Assembly (NCBI RefSeq): GCF_006345805.1
Contig: NC_043015.1
Location: 7,874,001-7,938,000 of the forward strand
Source: Octopus sinensis
Lineage: Eukaryota
Direction: 5' to 3'
DNA length: 64,000 nucleotides
The notes below the pieces were generated by a model. The model was not told the DNA's origin. It was given only the letters and a program-made list of their open reading frames with translations, and did no database searches. The position numbers and the translations under genes were made by a program. Every line of letters begins with the position of its first letter. Position 1 is the first letter of the stretch. Shown here in pieces: positions 1 to 13,221 of this stretch.

Positions 1-1361
1 ACATTGTCTTTTATTCCTGCAGGCAAGATAAAAAGATTACGAACAATCTATTGGATCAATTTTTATCGAATTCTCCTTACAACCAATAAAATTTTGGCAT
101 AGTGCCACAATTTAAAAAAAAAAACAATGTTTTGAAGATACTATATATATATATATATGGTTGAAATCTATTTTAGATACGACCGCTAATAAAGTTTTTT
201 TTTTCGGGATTTAAGAAAGTAATTCATTGAGAATTCTCATGGAACATTGCCATTAAGTGTTCGATACTGTTGTTTTCTAACCGGTAAACAATTTTGAGGT
301 GTCTTACATCGCATTGAATGTACTGGAAGTCAATCGGAAGTAAAAATTTCGTAAATTTTTGTGGAACAATTCAAATGCTCAATAGGCTTCAATGTTTTCG
401 TGGAACACGGCAGCAGTCTCGATTCAAAAGAGGTTTGTCGGGCGTGCTCAGTACATTTTTTATCAACGTTCATTTACAAGTCAACCTGATTGACCGAGGA
501 GGAAGTTGCAGTTTTCTCTGTAAAGACGATATTTCTGGATTTACGCTTTTTTAATGATAGATTTTGTTATATATATCCCCTTCAATTAATAGTGGCATTC
601 TTATTACTTTCCATGCCATGCAATGCTTTATTTTGTCAAACCGTTGATGACCTCCTATTAAGACTTTCAGGTGATGGTTCGGTCACATGGTAGAAAAGAA
701 TATGACTTTTTCTCTAGGTTGTAAAATATTCTGAAGCACACTTTAATTAATCCTAGGCTATTTTAATGGTTATTACCAACCATAAATAGAAGTAAAGACT
801 TCGTCAATGATCCACCTTAACGATCAGTATTCATGTATTCGAAATTTCTAGTCGTGAAATTAAGAAGTAACAGACAGTGTGTCGTTCAGACGCGTGTAGC
901 ATAAAAACTAATATCTTAAGCCAATTAAGGCAGATGATACAAGATGCAGGGGAAGAGCACGCAGAATCGGTCATTGAACTGGTATATAATTTATGCATCT
1001 TCGAAATTCCAAAGGAAAACATGAACTCGCAGATATGAATTCAGACATTGAAAACCTTGACAAAGCAGTACATCAATGCTATAACAAATAGGTAAATACT
1101 CATGTATAATTAATATTCTCCCTGACAAATTTACATAAAGCACAACACACTGTCTTAATATTGAAAAAAACAATTGAATATACTCTAATATAGATAAAAT
1201 AATGCTAGAGTTGAGACACGCCTCTCCTTGACGGAAGGTTTCATAATTGGCATAATATATCTACATACATGCATGCATACATCCATACAAACATATACAC
1301 ACATATACAAATACATACGTATGTGTTTGTATATATCTATATCTATATCTATCTATCTATC

Positions 1362-1394
<33 letters not shown>

Positions 1395-1407
1395 TATACT
1401 GTATGTA

Positions 1408-1512
1408 CACGCTGACATGTATGTACATATATATACATATGAGTTTGAATATATATATATATATACTGTATATACTCGCTGACATGTATGTACATATATA
1501 TACATATGAGTT

Positions 1513-1551
<39 letters not shown>

Positions 1552-1714
1552 GCTGACATATGACCAACGTTGAACCCCTTATTCACATAATCACCGAAAC
1601 TGGAACTTAACCGCGGTCCATCTATAGCACTTATTCAGCATTACCTGACACCTGTGGGTTGCAATGACACCATTACCTCTCATAGCATCTATGTACATAT
1701 ATTCACATATATAT

Positions 1715-1748
<34 letters not shown>

Positions 1749-1918
1749 ATATATATCTATATACACGCTGACATATGACCAACGTTGAACCCCTTATTCA
1801 CATAATCACCGAAACTGGAACTTAACCGCGGTCCATCTATAGCACTTATTCAGCATTACCTGACACCTGTGGGTTGCAATGACACCATTACCTCTCATAG
1901 CATCTATGTACATATATT

Positions 1919-1925
<7 letters not shown>
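1408..1925. repeat. Ladder of tandem duplications separated by (TA)n: two ~68-bp units then two ~215-bp units, all beginning CGCTGACAT
   Basis: 1549-1712 and 1764-1925 share an essentially identical ~160-bp non-microsatellite core. 1408-1447 and 1477-1514 are a shorter duplicated unit. Confidence 0.9.
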
Positions 1926-1960
<35 letters not shown>

Positions 1961-1961
<1 letters not shown>

Positions 1962-3150
1962 TAGCTGAAGGTGACCCGCTCTACGCGCGGGTAAGAGTGT
2001 GGGTGTTACTTTCTGTTGCTTCCTTTCAGCACGTAAAAAGCACCATCCGAACGTGGCCGATTGCAGCACCGCCTTGACTTGCTTCTGTGCTGGTGGCACG
2101 TAAAAAGCACCAACCGATCGTTGCCACTGCGAGCCCCCCTGGCACCAGTGCCGTCGGCACGAAAAAAGCACTCACTACACTCACAGTGTGGTTGGCGTTA
2201 GGAAGGTCATCCACCTGTAGAAACACTGCCAGATCAGACTGGAGCATGGTGCAGCCTCCTGGCTTCCGAGACCCGGTCACACTGCCCAACCCGTGCTAGC
2301 ACGGAAAACGGACGTTAAACGATGATGATGATGATGATTCTCCGTATTTGTTTCTCTCTCCTTTCTCTCTCACTTTCCCACTCTCTTACTTTTCTTTTCT
2401 CTCTGACTCTCCCTCGCTTTCTCTTACTCTCTATCTTTATCTATCTCTCTCCCATTTATAAACAACAGAAGATCTTGAGTAAGTTGAGAAAAAATATTTA
2501 GAAAGATCAATCAGAAATATGAGGCCAGTGGCAATGGAAAGGTCTGCTTCAAGGCAGACAGCAAAACGCTAACATTCAAAAGGGACAGACGAACTTGCGA
2601 GCTGAATAAAAATAATAAAATATTGGAAACCAAAGTTTGAAGGGATAGAATCTGAGGATAGTAGAGTCACCATGGCTGGCATTTGTTAACGATGGACAGC
2701 AACGTAGTGACAGTTAACGGCTGGCGTAAAATTTTGAACTTGATGTAAAAGAAAATTCGAAAAAACACCAATTTTGAAGTGATTCTTTCTCACGACAGTA
2801 GACTCACCATGGCAAGCATTCAAAACTTCTTTATCATGGACGGCAACACATTGACGATTAAAAGGCTGGCGCAAATTTTTTAGCTTGATGCAACAGAGAA
2901 TCCTAAACACCCGCTCTTTGAAATTTTAATCCCCTTCCAGCCCCATTTAGACCCCTTTTCACATTTTGGTTAATATAACCCGATTTCATTCGGGTGTACT
3001 GGGGCCACATTTTATAAGATGAGGAATTTTGTCCTAGAGGTGACGCCTTTCATTTGAGGAACAAAATAGTTGTGATGCAAACTTGTCAGGACCTTTAACA
3101 TAGGTGTGCATTTTCAGGTGAATCGACCGACTACGAATGCACACATATAT
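1961..3150 (-). mobile_element. Non-autonomous Helitron-like element, 3' terminus at 1961 (far end uncertain)
   Basis: Minus strand reads ACCCGC-7nt-GCGGGT hairpin (1974-1992), then 9 nt, then CTAG|T. This is the canonical Helitron 3' end. Internal ~145-bp-spaced repeats lie at ~2690-2880. Confidence 0.6.
2029..2338 (+). mobile_element. 3' end of a retroposon (RTE-associated type) with internal repeats and a (GAT)6 tail
   Basis: Three GCACG(T/A)AAAAAGCAC motifs at 2029, 2096 and 2157. The element ends ...GGAAAACGGACGTTAAAC(GAT)6. Confidence 0.6.
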
Positions 3151-3326
3151 ATATGTGTATATATATATATGTGTGTGTGTGCACGCATTATATATACAAA
3201 TGTATACAAATGAGATATATATCTGTATAAATTAAATTAGAGATATAAAACCACTAATAGGCAAATCAAACAGTGAAAAACCAAAAACAAAAACATAAAA
3301 AAAGAAAATATAACATGGAAAATATA

Positions 3327-4334
3327 TCTATATATATAAAACTGTAGTTGTGTGAGTGTCTGTCCCCTTCGATTTAGATTCCTAACTACTCCCAAATGTT
3401 GCGGTGCAGTTTAACCAAATTCGGGTATCTTATAGTCGTGATTCATATCGAGCCCGTCTGGGTATTAGCGCGCGTCTACGATGAGTGTACGATTTTAAAA
3501 ATAATTTAACATAATTTTTTATTCCATTTTAATGCATATTTTTTCGTGTGTCGATGGCGGCAGAGTTGGCGTCCACGCTCACGCCTGCACCTGTGTTGCT
3601 TCTCCCCCTTCTTCCCTCCCTCGTGAAGCTGTGGGGAAGGGAGTGTAAGGAAATCAACGTCGTAATGCGTTGTGAAGGAGACCAGCGTTCTTTTAGAACA
3701 ACGACTTCATGGCTTGAAGTCGCCAAAACAGAAATCGCTAAAAAAGCTGAAACAGATCCAAAAACGGCAAAAACCGCCACACAGGGCAGGTTTCCTGTGC
3801 AAACAATTTGCACAACCGAATGTTTTAGTTGTTGCACAAATCTTTATATATAAAAGTAAGGTTGTGTGTCTGTCTCCTACGATTTAGATTCTAACTACTC
3901 CCACATTTTGCGGTGCAGTGTAACCAAAACCGGGTATCTTATAGTCGTGATTCATATCGAGCCCTTCTGGGTATTAGCGCGCGTCTACGATGAGTCTACG
4001 ATTTAAAAAAAAAATTACCATCATTTTTTATTCCATTTTAATGCATTTTTCGCTATTATATAAGGGAAGTAACTCTCTAAAATGTCTACGATGAGTCAAC
4101 GATTAAAAAAAATTACCATCATTTTTTATTCCATTTTAATGCATTTTTCGCTATTATATAAGGGAAGTAACTCTGCAAAAATGTCTACGATGAATCAACG
4201 ATTTAAAAAAGAATTACTATCATTTTTTATTCCATCTTTAATGCATTTTTGCTATTTTTTTTGCTATAACTCACTAAAAATGCTTATTAGTTATTTCCCT
4301 TACAAACCCGAGCAACGCCGGGCGATACTGCTAG
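3327..4334 (+). mobile_element. Composite non-autonomous Helitron: two 5' termini (3327, 3841) and one 3' terminus (4334)
   Basis: A|TCTATATATATAAAA at 3327 and A|TCTTTATATATAAAA at 3841 begin ~210-bp homologous segments. There is a CCCG...CGGG hairpin at 4307-4322, then CTAG|T at 4331-4335, and ~100-bp subrepeats at 3983, 4084 and 4183. Confidence 0.8.
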
Positions 4335-4470
4335 TAAAATATAAAATTGAAAACTTTAAATTGAAATAAAAATTATGAAATTATATTTATAATTTGTTTA
4401 AAAATATATAACTATGAAAAAAGTATGAAAAAGTTTAATATACATAAATACAGATATTACACTTTGTATA

Positions 4471-4745
4471 TATACATTATATATACATATTTATATATAG
4501 AACACACACACACACATACATTATATATACATATTTATATATAGAACACACACACACCACACACATACATTATATATACATATTTATATATAGAACACAC
4601 ACACACACATACATTATATATACATATTTATATATAGAACACACACACACACATACATTATATATACATATTTATATATAGAACACACACACACATACAT
4701 TATATATACATATATATATAGAACACACACACACACACACACACA
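4471..4745. repeat. Minisatellite, ~44-bp unit TACATTATATATACATATTTATATATAGAA(CA)n, about 6 copies
   Basis: Units are directly visible and differ mainly in (CA)n length. Confidence 0.9.
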
Positions 4746-4959
4746 TATAAATGAACGCAAGAATATCTGATTCATAATATTTGTTCTCATGCTCGTGTAT
4801 TGATTGTTGGTGACAGACATATACTTCAAAGAACGTCGCCGAAGTGATAGGAAGGTAGGAAACAGAGTCAGTGAAAAAGAAAGGAAATAGCGATAGTGAC
4901 AGATACTTTAAATAACCGTAGTGGCATTCTGAAGTTATAAATGAAGAGGAGTGACAGAC

Positions 4960-5152
4960 TGGAGGAAATAGGGTGAGGTAGGAAGATGGCCCCTAGAAAC
5001 CACAGCTTTTAAGATAGGGATTTCTAAGGTAGCCCACGCGCATCGTCACCTCATTCTACATGTCCGTGTAAATTTTGGAGCGAATCGGACGGGATGTAGT
5101 GGCATTGAAAGCGAACCAAGCGGTAAAAACGCATTTCAGTTTTATATAGAGA
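4960..5152 (-). mobile_element. Probable Helitron 5' terminal fragment
   Basis: Minus strand begins A|TCTCTATATAAAACTGAAATGCG at 5152, similar in form to the termini at 3327 and 3841. The left boundary is uncertain. Confidence 0.4.
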
Positions 5153-5659
5153 TATATATATATACAGGTGTGTGTATATTGTATTTATACGCACACACAA
5201 AGAGACATATATTTTTATATATATATTTGTGTGTGAGAGAGAGAGAGTGAGAGAGCGCGAGAATCTAGCCATGTATGCATGCCTGTCTAGAAGAGTATGG
5301 CTCGGCGTATATAACTTCTAGATACGTTATTATTCGGAATGTTTCCATTATGTCGTAACTTCTAACTGTATATGAAATTATCGCGTAGTCATTCAAATGA
5401 TAGTGAATAATATTATCAAACACTTGGAATGAATCATGTTTAATTATTTGCAACAATTTTCTCCCTTAGATTTTTTAAGGGACACTGTTAAATAATGGCG
5501 TCACGAAAAATAAATAGTAACTCATTTTGAAACTGCGCTAGTTATTGGAGATATATGTGTCTGTATATGTTCCCGCAAAATGATATATATCGAATATTTT
5601 TAAGGTAAAGTGGTTGTCGCCATTACGTAAACTCTATAGCTTTCTTGAATAATATAACT

Positions 5660-5823
5660 GTTTAATATGTGTTTTATATATGCATGTATGGATGAATGGA
5701 TGGATGGATATATATATGTACGTATGTATATATTTCTGTATGTGTGTGTCTCTCCACATATACATGCATGCAATGCAGTTGCATGTACGTATATGTGTGT
5801 GTATGTATACATATATATGCATG

Positions 5824-5874
<51 letters not shown>

Positions 5875-6090
5875 ATGTATATATATATATTGATATATAT
5901 ATATGCATGTATAACAACATATTAAAGTATGTATATATATATATGAATATGTGTGTGTGTGTGTGTGTTTGAACGTGTGTGTGTGCATATATGTATAATA
6001 TCCATAAGTACCTTTCGCTCGGTTTAAATTTTACACACACACACACACACGCACATACTCATATACATACATACAGACAGAGAGAGAGAA
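5660..6090. repeat. Compound (TA)n/(TG)n/(GA)n microsatellite block
   Basis: Directly visible. Confidence 0.9.
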
Positions 6091-6414
6091 AGAAAGAGGC
6101 ATATTTTTATGTACCATACACGATTGGTGAAATGAACTATGTTAGCCCGACATGATTTCAGGTTAGGACAGATCTATCGATAACTTGTCATTCCAGTGAA
6201 TATATGATATTTAGTTTTGGTGAATGGAGTAATGGATATTTATTGGAATGCTATCATAAAGAATCAATACTGTGGAATATGAACATCTTTAACTACGTTA
6301 CAAGGAGAGCGAGAATGTCAATATTCAATGATGTGTTAAGGCTGAGAATTGCATGCATGGACAATAAAAATTATAACGTAAAAAAGTATGTTTATATATC
6401 TATGTATTTAGCTA

Positions 6415-7060
6415 TGTACCTACCTACCTACCTACCTACCTACCTACCTACCTACCTACCTACCTACCTACATATATACATACATACACACAAACGTATA
6501 TAAGTATATATATATATATACATATATATATATTTATAAATATACATACATATATGTATGTATATATATATGATATTATGTATTCAATATATTGGTGCTA
6601 ATGCGCTTCAATAATAGAAATATTTCAGGAAGTAATCTGTGTTTTATGTTAGGTCTATGGGCAGCAGAATATGAATCAATGTGAAAGCGTAAATGAATAC
6701 TATATATATTATACACGCATGCGTACACAGGCATCTCCACTGCATATTTTATACGTGTGTGTGTGTTTCTGCGTGCGCGTGCTTATGTTTGTGCTTGTGT
6801 GTTTGTGTGTTTATATATATAAATATTATATATATATGTATATATATATATGTATATATATGTATATATATATGTATAAATATATATGTGTGTGTGTGTG
6901 TGTGTGTATGCATGGCTATACACATATATGTATTTGTATGTGTATATGTGTTTATGTGTGTATCTTGGTGCATATGCATGGGCGATGCATGCTTATTATA
7001 GCTATATACATACAATCACCCGCACATTTACTCACACACACATATTTATTCGTATAAAAA
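6415..7060. repeat. (TACC)n tract followed by compound TA/TG microsatellites
   Basis: (TACC)n at ~6415-6470, mixed dinucleotide tracts downstream. Confidence 0.85.
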
Positions 7061-7621
7061 TGTTGATATATATGACAGATATTCATAAACTTGAATATAT
7101 CAGAGTATATTGATTAAATCTTCAACAGATAGTGTTATGGCTTTCAATCATTATTTCTGAATATATGCATATTATTTCCGATAACATAATTATGGTTATG
7201 TTAGAACAATATATAGATTTCTATTGTAGCATCTCTTTTCATGTAAATGTTAACTTTGTCCTTCACTTCATCTTTACTACAGGTCAACTTTATATAGAAG
7301 TCATTCAGCAATAATATCGTTATATACTAGACGTGATGCTTAAGTTAGTGCACGCATGCGCGCTGTGTGAAATTCATGTAGAGTCTAGAGTGATTTTGTT
7401 TAGATTTTGTCTCTATAGAATGTAACGGCTTAATGCTATAACTCGCAACACTTTTGTACAAAATACTCTACATAATACTTAGAGATATTCATTTATCATT
7501 TAAAACTTAAATAGTTACACAAAATACATCATTGTTACCAACCTTACACATTTTTAGTCGTTTAATACAGCCCTAGAAAAGAAATGTTGTTTTTATATTG
7601 TTTACGTATTCTTTAACGAGA

Positions 7622-7715
7622 AGTCACATGACATAGTGGTTAGAGATCGTTTCAGTTCTTAGACCGGTTGCTCCGTTGTGTTCTTGACCAAAACACTTCA
7701 TTTAAATTTTCTCGA
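7622..7715 (+). mobile_element. Highly degenerate CORE-type SINE fragment
   Basis: An A-box-like ATAGTGG and GTTGTGTTCTTGACCAAAACACTTCATTT resemble the central domain of the SINE at 42143. Confidence 0.4.
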
Positions 7716-8612
7716 GACCTGACGCATGGTACACACTATATCTGTTCAGGAAATGTTGATTTGATGGAGAAAATGAACTAGCGTATAGTACATGCATTGA
7801 ATAACTGTAAACAAATAATTTGTGCAGGTCGTTCGGTCAAATGCTGAAAACTTACACATCGTCTTCGCCGGGAGAGTCCGTCACGCATTTAGCAATTACT
7901 GGCATTTATTTGAACATCATTTACCATGAAATTTCCTTTTTTTCAAACCTATAAATATCGTGCAGTTTACAGAAAGACATAATCGATATATTGGAGCATA
8001 TTCAAACATTTGGAAATGGTCAAGTTGTAAGTAACAGAAATAACTGAAACAAAAGGGAAAAATTCGTCCCTAAAGTCGAATGAATAGTCCTGTTTTTAAT
8101 ATAATAATGCTTGTGAAGGTTCTGCATGAATTAACAAAATGGGCCTTTGCCCGAGACAGTAGCAAAGTCGAGTTCTTAAATATTCCTTAAATCTACGTTG
8201 GAGGTATATTAGATAGGATAGGTTAAACATTGAATATTCCAAGCTTTTAATCTTAAACCGAGTCACGTGAAATTCATAAGATTGGGATCGGGAAATTCCT
8301 GCACAAGTTGAATTGAATAGACGATTTTCATGTTTAGTAGAATATGATGCCGATTAATGAGAATAATCATGTGGACAAATGCGTCTCATTAGATGACCTT
8401 TCAAAATGTACCTTGTTCAAGAATCTCGGTTTTGTTTGGTTCTGTTTTAATGCATGTTGTTATTTGCCATTAACTGTTTGATTACAGGTTCCGTGATTTT
8501 ATGTATATAACAACACACAAATCTTATTTGATATACACACATACATCTGTAACATGTATATTACAGATATATGTGCGTATGTATGTGCGTATGTATGTAT
8601 GTATGTATGTGT

Positions 8613-8892
8613 GGAGGTACATGGCCTAGTGGTTAGAGCAGCGGACCCGCGACCGAGGTATCGCGGGTTCGAATCTCAGACCGGGCGATGTGTGTGTTTA
8701 TGAGCGAAACACCTTAGCTCTACGCAGCTCCGGACGAAGGGAATGGCGAACTTCTACTGAATTTTTCGCCACAACTTTCTCTCCCAATTTCCTCCCGCAT
8801 CTTGCAGCTCACCTGCGACGGACCTGCGTCCCGTCCAGGTGGAGAATCTATACGCCCTTATGAGCCTGGCGTGGCTCTAGAAGGAACAAACA
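8613..8892 (+). mobile_element. tRNA-derived SINE (same family as 63056-63360)
   Basis: A box TGGCCTAGTGG (8622), B box GGTTCGAATC (8666-8675), tail ending GAAGGAACAAACA. Colinear with the 63056 copy. Confidence 0.85.
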
Positions 8893-9974
8893 TGTATGTA
8901 AGTATGTATGTAGGTATGTATGTATATATGTATGTCTAATGAGAGTTCTGTGGCGTTAATATTATTAGATATGTCATTGACACCCAAGGTTGAAAGCATC
9001 ATCGACAAATTACTTCTACATCATATATTCTCTACATCCAATTCCACATATGAGTAATTTATTACATAAAGGTTGTATTTTCTTGGATAAAAGACATATA
9101 TCCTTGCATCATTCACTAAGAATTCTCTTAGTACTACTTAGACATTTGATGTGAAATGTATGCTCCATTTGTGAGATTTAATAGTCCTGAAATAACTAAA
9201 ATATTGTGCTGTGCTTGCAGAAACAATCAAATATCAGACATTAGCGTATTTTGTACACTCATCTTCAAACAAATCTTCTTCATTAGCTTTTTGATGTTGC
9301 CCCCAATACATATGTAAAATTAACCTGGCTGATTTGAATATATCAGTAAACAGCTTCCATTTTTATGTGTGATATATAAGAAATTAAGAATTATATACTA
9401 GCAATTTCCAAAGCTCATGACACTCTCTCTAATCTCCCTGTCACCATTTCTGTCAAAACATGTTAACAAGAGCAAATTATAGTATTTACACTTTTGAGAA
9501 TGACTATAGATTATGCCTATGTACAATACTCAGACTACACATTACGAAAGATCAATGAGAAATTCTGAATTACATAAAGCGTAATGTAAAATATTTTACC
9601 TTGTTCGGTGTACCAAATGTCTGATATAGCTCATAAGAAAAACTAGGACATCAATGTTTTCAATAATATCTATTGTGCAATAAATTCAAGAAACTGGGTG
9701 AACCAAAAATAAAAATATTTTCAATATAGTCTAAAACCTGCAGACACACACACAAACGACTATGTATATTTATGTGCATTGTGTATTTGAGAATAGTGAC
9801 AAAGTTTGAATATGTTCTACAAAATAATATGATAGTCGTTTTACGCAGTTCGATAGTGACCATTTAGTTGTCGGTAAATCGAACGCTAATCAATAAATTT
9901 AAATATTTTGTTTGATAAAAAATACAAACTAAATTGTCGTGTCTCCACATGAGCACAATGGAATAGCTGAAACA

Positions 9975-10080
9975 AATTATGTGTATGTATGTGTGTGTAT
10001 ATATGTTTATATGCATATATATGTGCATATATATATATATAAATATATATATGCATGCATACATACATATACATACATAC

Positions 10081-10111
<31 letters not shown>

Positions 10112-10346
10112 CATATATATACATACATATATATACATATACATACATACATATATATACATACATACATATACATACATACATATACATACATACATAT
10201 ACATATATACATACATACATACATATACATATATACATACATATATACATACATATATACATACATACATACATACATACATACTACATACATACATACA
10301 CACACACACACACATACATACATACATATATGTATGTATGTATATG

Positions 10347-10399
<53 letters not shown>

Positions 10400-10420
10400 G
10401 TATGTATATATATATATATG

Positions 10421-10461
<41 letters not shown>

Positions 10462-10530
10462 TATATATAGAACAAGATAGAGAGAAAAAAGGCAGACAAA
10501 TATAAATATAGATACATAGGTGCACAATAT
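9975..10530. repeat. Large compound (TACA)n/(TA)n/(CA)n microsatellite
   Basis: Directly visible. It is the source of the long YIH/YIY ORFs. Confidence 0.95.
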
Positions 10531-10899
10531 ATGTGTGTGCGCATATATAGAAAAACATAAAACTTGATATATGTAGATGTATATAAAGATGTGCGTATAT
10601 CATATACAGACAAAACACACGCACACACACACATATCTTGTGATATTGCAAACTATATTTTTGTAAACAAAGAATCAAAAAGTATTTAACTACAGAAAAC
10701 AATTCATACAAGATAAAACAATCTTCGACTTTGCTGCCCTTTCATCTTTTCTCTACACAAAACCAGAGACAAAGATACAAAGAGAAAGATGGAAATATGA
10801 TAGCGTTTGCAAAATACTAATTAAAAAATAGAAGCAACCGTCCACAGATAGTAGACGCAAACAAACACGTACACATATATACTGTGTGATGCACGGAAG

Positions 10900-11132
10900 C
10901 ACACTTTTATACATATATGTGGGTGTGTATATATGCGTATGTGTGTGTATATATACAAACTACTACGCACACATATAGACATGTAGATACTTCCGCACAC
11001 ACACATATATATATACACACACACACATATATATATATACACACACACACACACATATATATATACACACACACACACATATATACACACACACACACAC
11101 ATATATATATACACACACACACACATATATAT

Positions 11133-11163
<31 letters not shown>

Positions 11164-11168
11164 CACAT

Positions 11169-11212
<44 letters not shown>

Positions 11213-11250
11213 GCGCACGTACTCACATACGTGCGATAGACTGTAACGGT
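10900..11250. repeat. Alternating (TA)n-(CA)n higher-order microsatellite
   Basis: Repeated ~20-bp units of (CA)6-7(TA)3-5. Confidence 0.9.
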
Positions 11251-11859
11251 AAGTTTGCTTCTGTCGTATTTTATCAGAAAATATATATTCACTCACGTAC
11301 AGTGGAAGATATTCTTGAGCGTGTATGTGTACGCGTTTGTGTGTGGGGGCGTGTTAGTCTGTATGTGTGTGTGTGTTTGTTTGTGCGTGTATGTCTGTGT
11401 GTATCGGCGGCTAGCGGTTATGCTTCTACGTGCATGTGCGTATATGAGTGCGAGTGAACGGTAAAGGTATTTCATTAGCCCGTTTACAAATACCAGGGTT
11501 TAAGTTCACAAATGGTCATGTCATAAGCACATTAACGTTCAGTATTATGAAATTTCCATCGAATTTGACGATATCTGTTCTATGAATTCTTAGATTTTTT
11601 TTTCAGGATCATTGGTAGAAGGGAAGTTCGTAAATCTCATGGTACAGGCTACAGAACTGCGCGAATAAGTGTAGAGAGGAAAACAAAAACATATGCTAGT
11701 TTGTTTCCATACAGATGGGTTTTAACGATTTCGCGTGCAAAGGTTACCAACATAATTTCAGTTCTCTTTCAAATAGACACCAGTGTCATTTTTAAATATA
11801 TTGTTAAATGCTTACTTCGTCGTATGTACGTACACATATACATGCATACGTACACATCC

Positions 11860-12345
11860 GACACGATTTACAATTCCATCTGCAGAAAATACTGTCCTTA
11901 AATAAACGTAGAATATCCCTCTGTTATGGAATATATTCATAAACACCGACTCAAGGAATACTGATCGAATATTCCCATCAAAACGTCTCTCAAGTGTAAA
12001 CATAACAGGCCGGATATTGTTGATTGTGCAAAAGTATGTACCATCATAAAGCTCAGCTATCCTGTAGATATAGATATGAATTCGAAAATCAAAGAAAAAG
12101 AGGATATCTATGGACAACTGTTTGGAAATCTCCAGCTTCTATATCCAGATAATGAATTCGTATTCATACAAATAATAATCGGAGCACTAGATTTTGTTAC
12201 TAAATGTTTAAAAAAGAATCTGGATAAACTTGGATTTCGAGAAAGAGAAAGCGATCAGCGAATTACAAGTTAATTACAAGTGCATTCCTTGAGTGGAAAA
12301 GAAAAAAATATGCAAGACTCTTCCCAAGTTCCAAATTTGAATTAT
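11860..12345 (+). mobile_element. 3' fragment of an R2-superfamily non-LTR retrotransposon (REL domain)
   Basis: In frame with ORF 12076: KEY*SNIPIKTSLKCKHNRPDIV...CTIIKLSYPVD...KIKEKEDIYGQL...IIIGAL...NLDKLGF. This is the PD-(D/E)xK-type REL signature. Confidence 0.85.
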
Positions 12346-13221
12346 TGTGTGTTAACTACATCCTAAATATTTAAGCCTTGTATCTGTTGGAAACTGGGTC
12401 TCTCCTCAGTGGAACATTTATAATAATTAAAAATAGAAGAAACAGATACATACACACGCACACGGATACACACATATATATATATATAGAGAGAGAGAGA
12501 GAAAGAGATGGAGTGAGAGACAGAGAGAATTGATACATAGCTGCATATATACATACACATATACATGCAGACACACCCGTACACACATACATACACACAT
12601 AAACATATCTACATACATAACTGCAAATATATATGGAAACATTTAAAATCATACAGTCATAAATATGATATGTCTTCAGAGATTTCTTATAAAAAAAACT
12701 CGCATGCTGACATAGATATATACGTAGCCCTATATTTTTGTATATAAGCATGGCTGTGTCTTTCTATACATTATGCAGAAACAACCATGTTAATATAACT
12801 TGAAGACACGTAACAATATTTACGATGCAGGTCTACAATTGTTTTAAACGGAATAATGATTCTGTTGGAGATGGCTTTGGTTTTCAGGGAACTTCAAAAA
12901 TACATTCACACTTCAATATCATGAAAACTGCTTCAATATTCTCTCATATCTTAATCTCTTTCTTCAGTGATTATATTTTATGCATTGAAAATTATATCTA
13001 AAGTATCTATCTATCTTTCTATCTATTTGTTTGTCTGTCTGTATATCCATCCATCTATCTATATATCTATCTATCTATCGTGTGTGCTTGTTATCGCATT
13101 CGGCATTTGTGCATGTAGAGACACACACACACGGTCCCATACACATGTGCACATGCAGACACACACACGCATATTCACACACGCATACACGCACGCACAC
13201 GAACATCCACGGACGCATCCA

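Noticed and set aside
300-720. Minus-strand stop-ridden frame containing SFLPCDR, reminiscent of a Sola-type transposase motif
   Set aside because: It is a single short motif among many stops and cannot be supported without a profile search.
3529-3887. Overlapping ~100-aa ORFs in a GC-richer segment
   Set aside because: They lie inside the composite Helitron, with no recognisable domain or splice support.
4471-4745. Regularly spaced repeats resembling a CRISPR array (also 2029-2172)
   Set aside because: Eukaryotic context, spacers are (CA)n or related sequence, and there are no cas genes.
8613-8685. tRNA-like sequences at SINE heads (also 42143, 53927, 63056)
   Set aside because: A and B boxes are present but there is no intact cloverleaf or acceptor stem, and they continue into repeat bodies. 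They are SINEs, not tRNA genes.
11605-11680. Possible exon after TTTTTTTTCAG
   Set aside because: No convincing donor or recognisable peptide.
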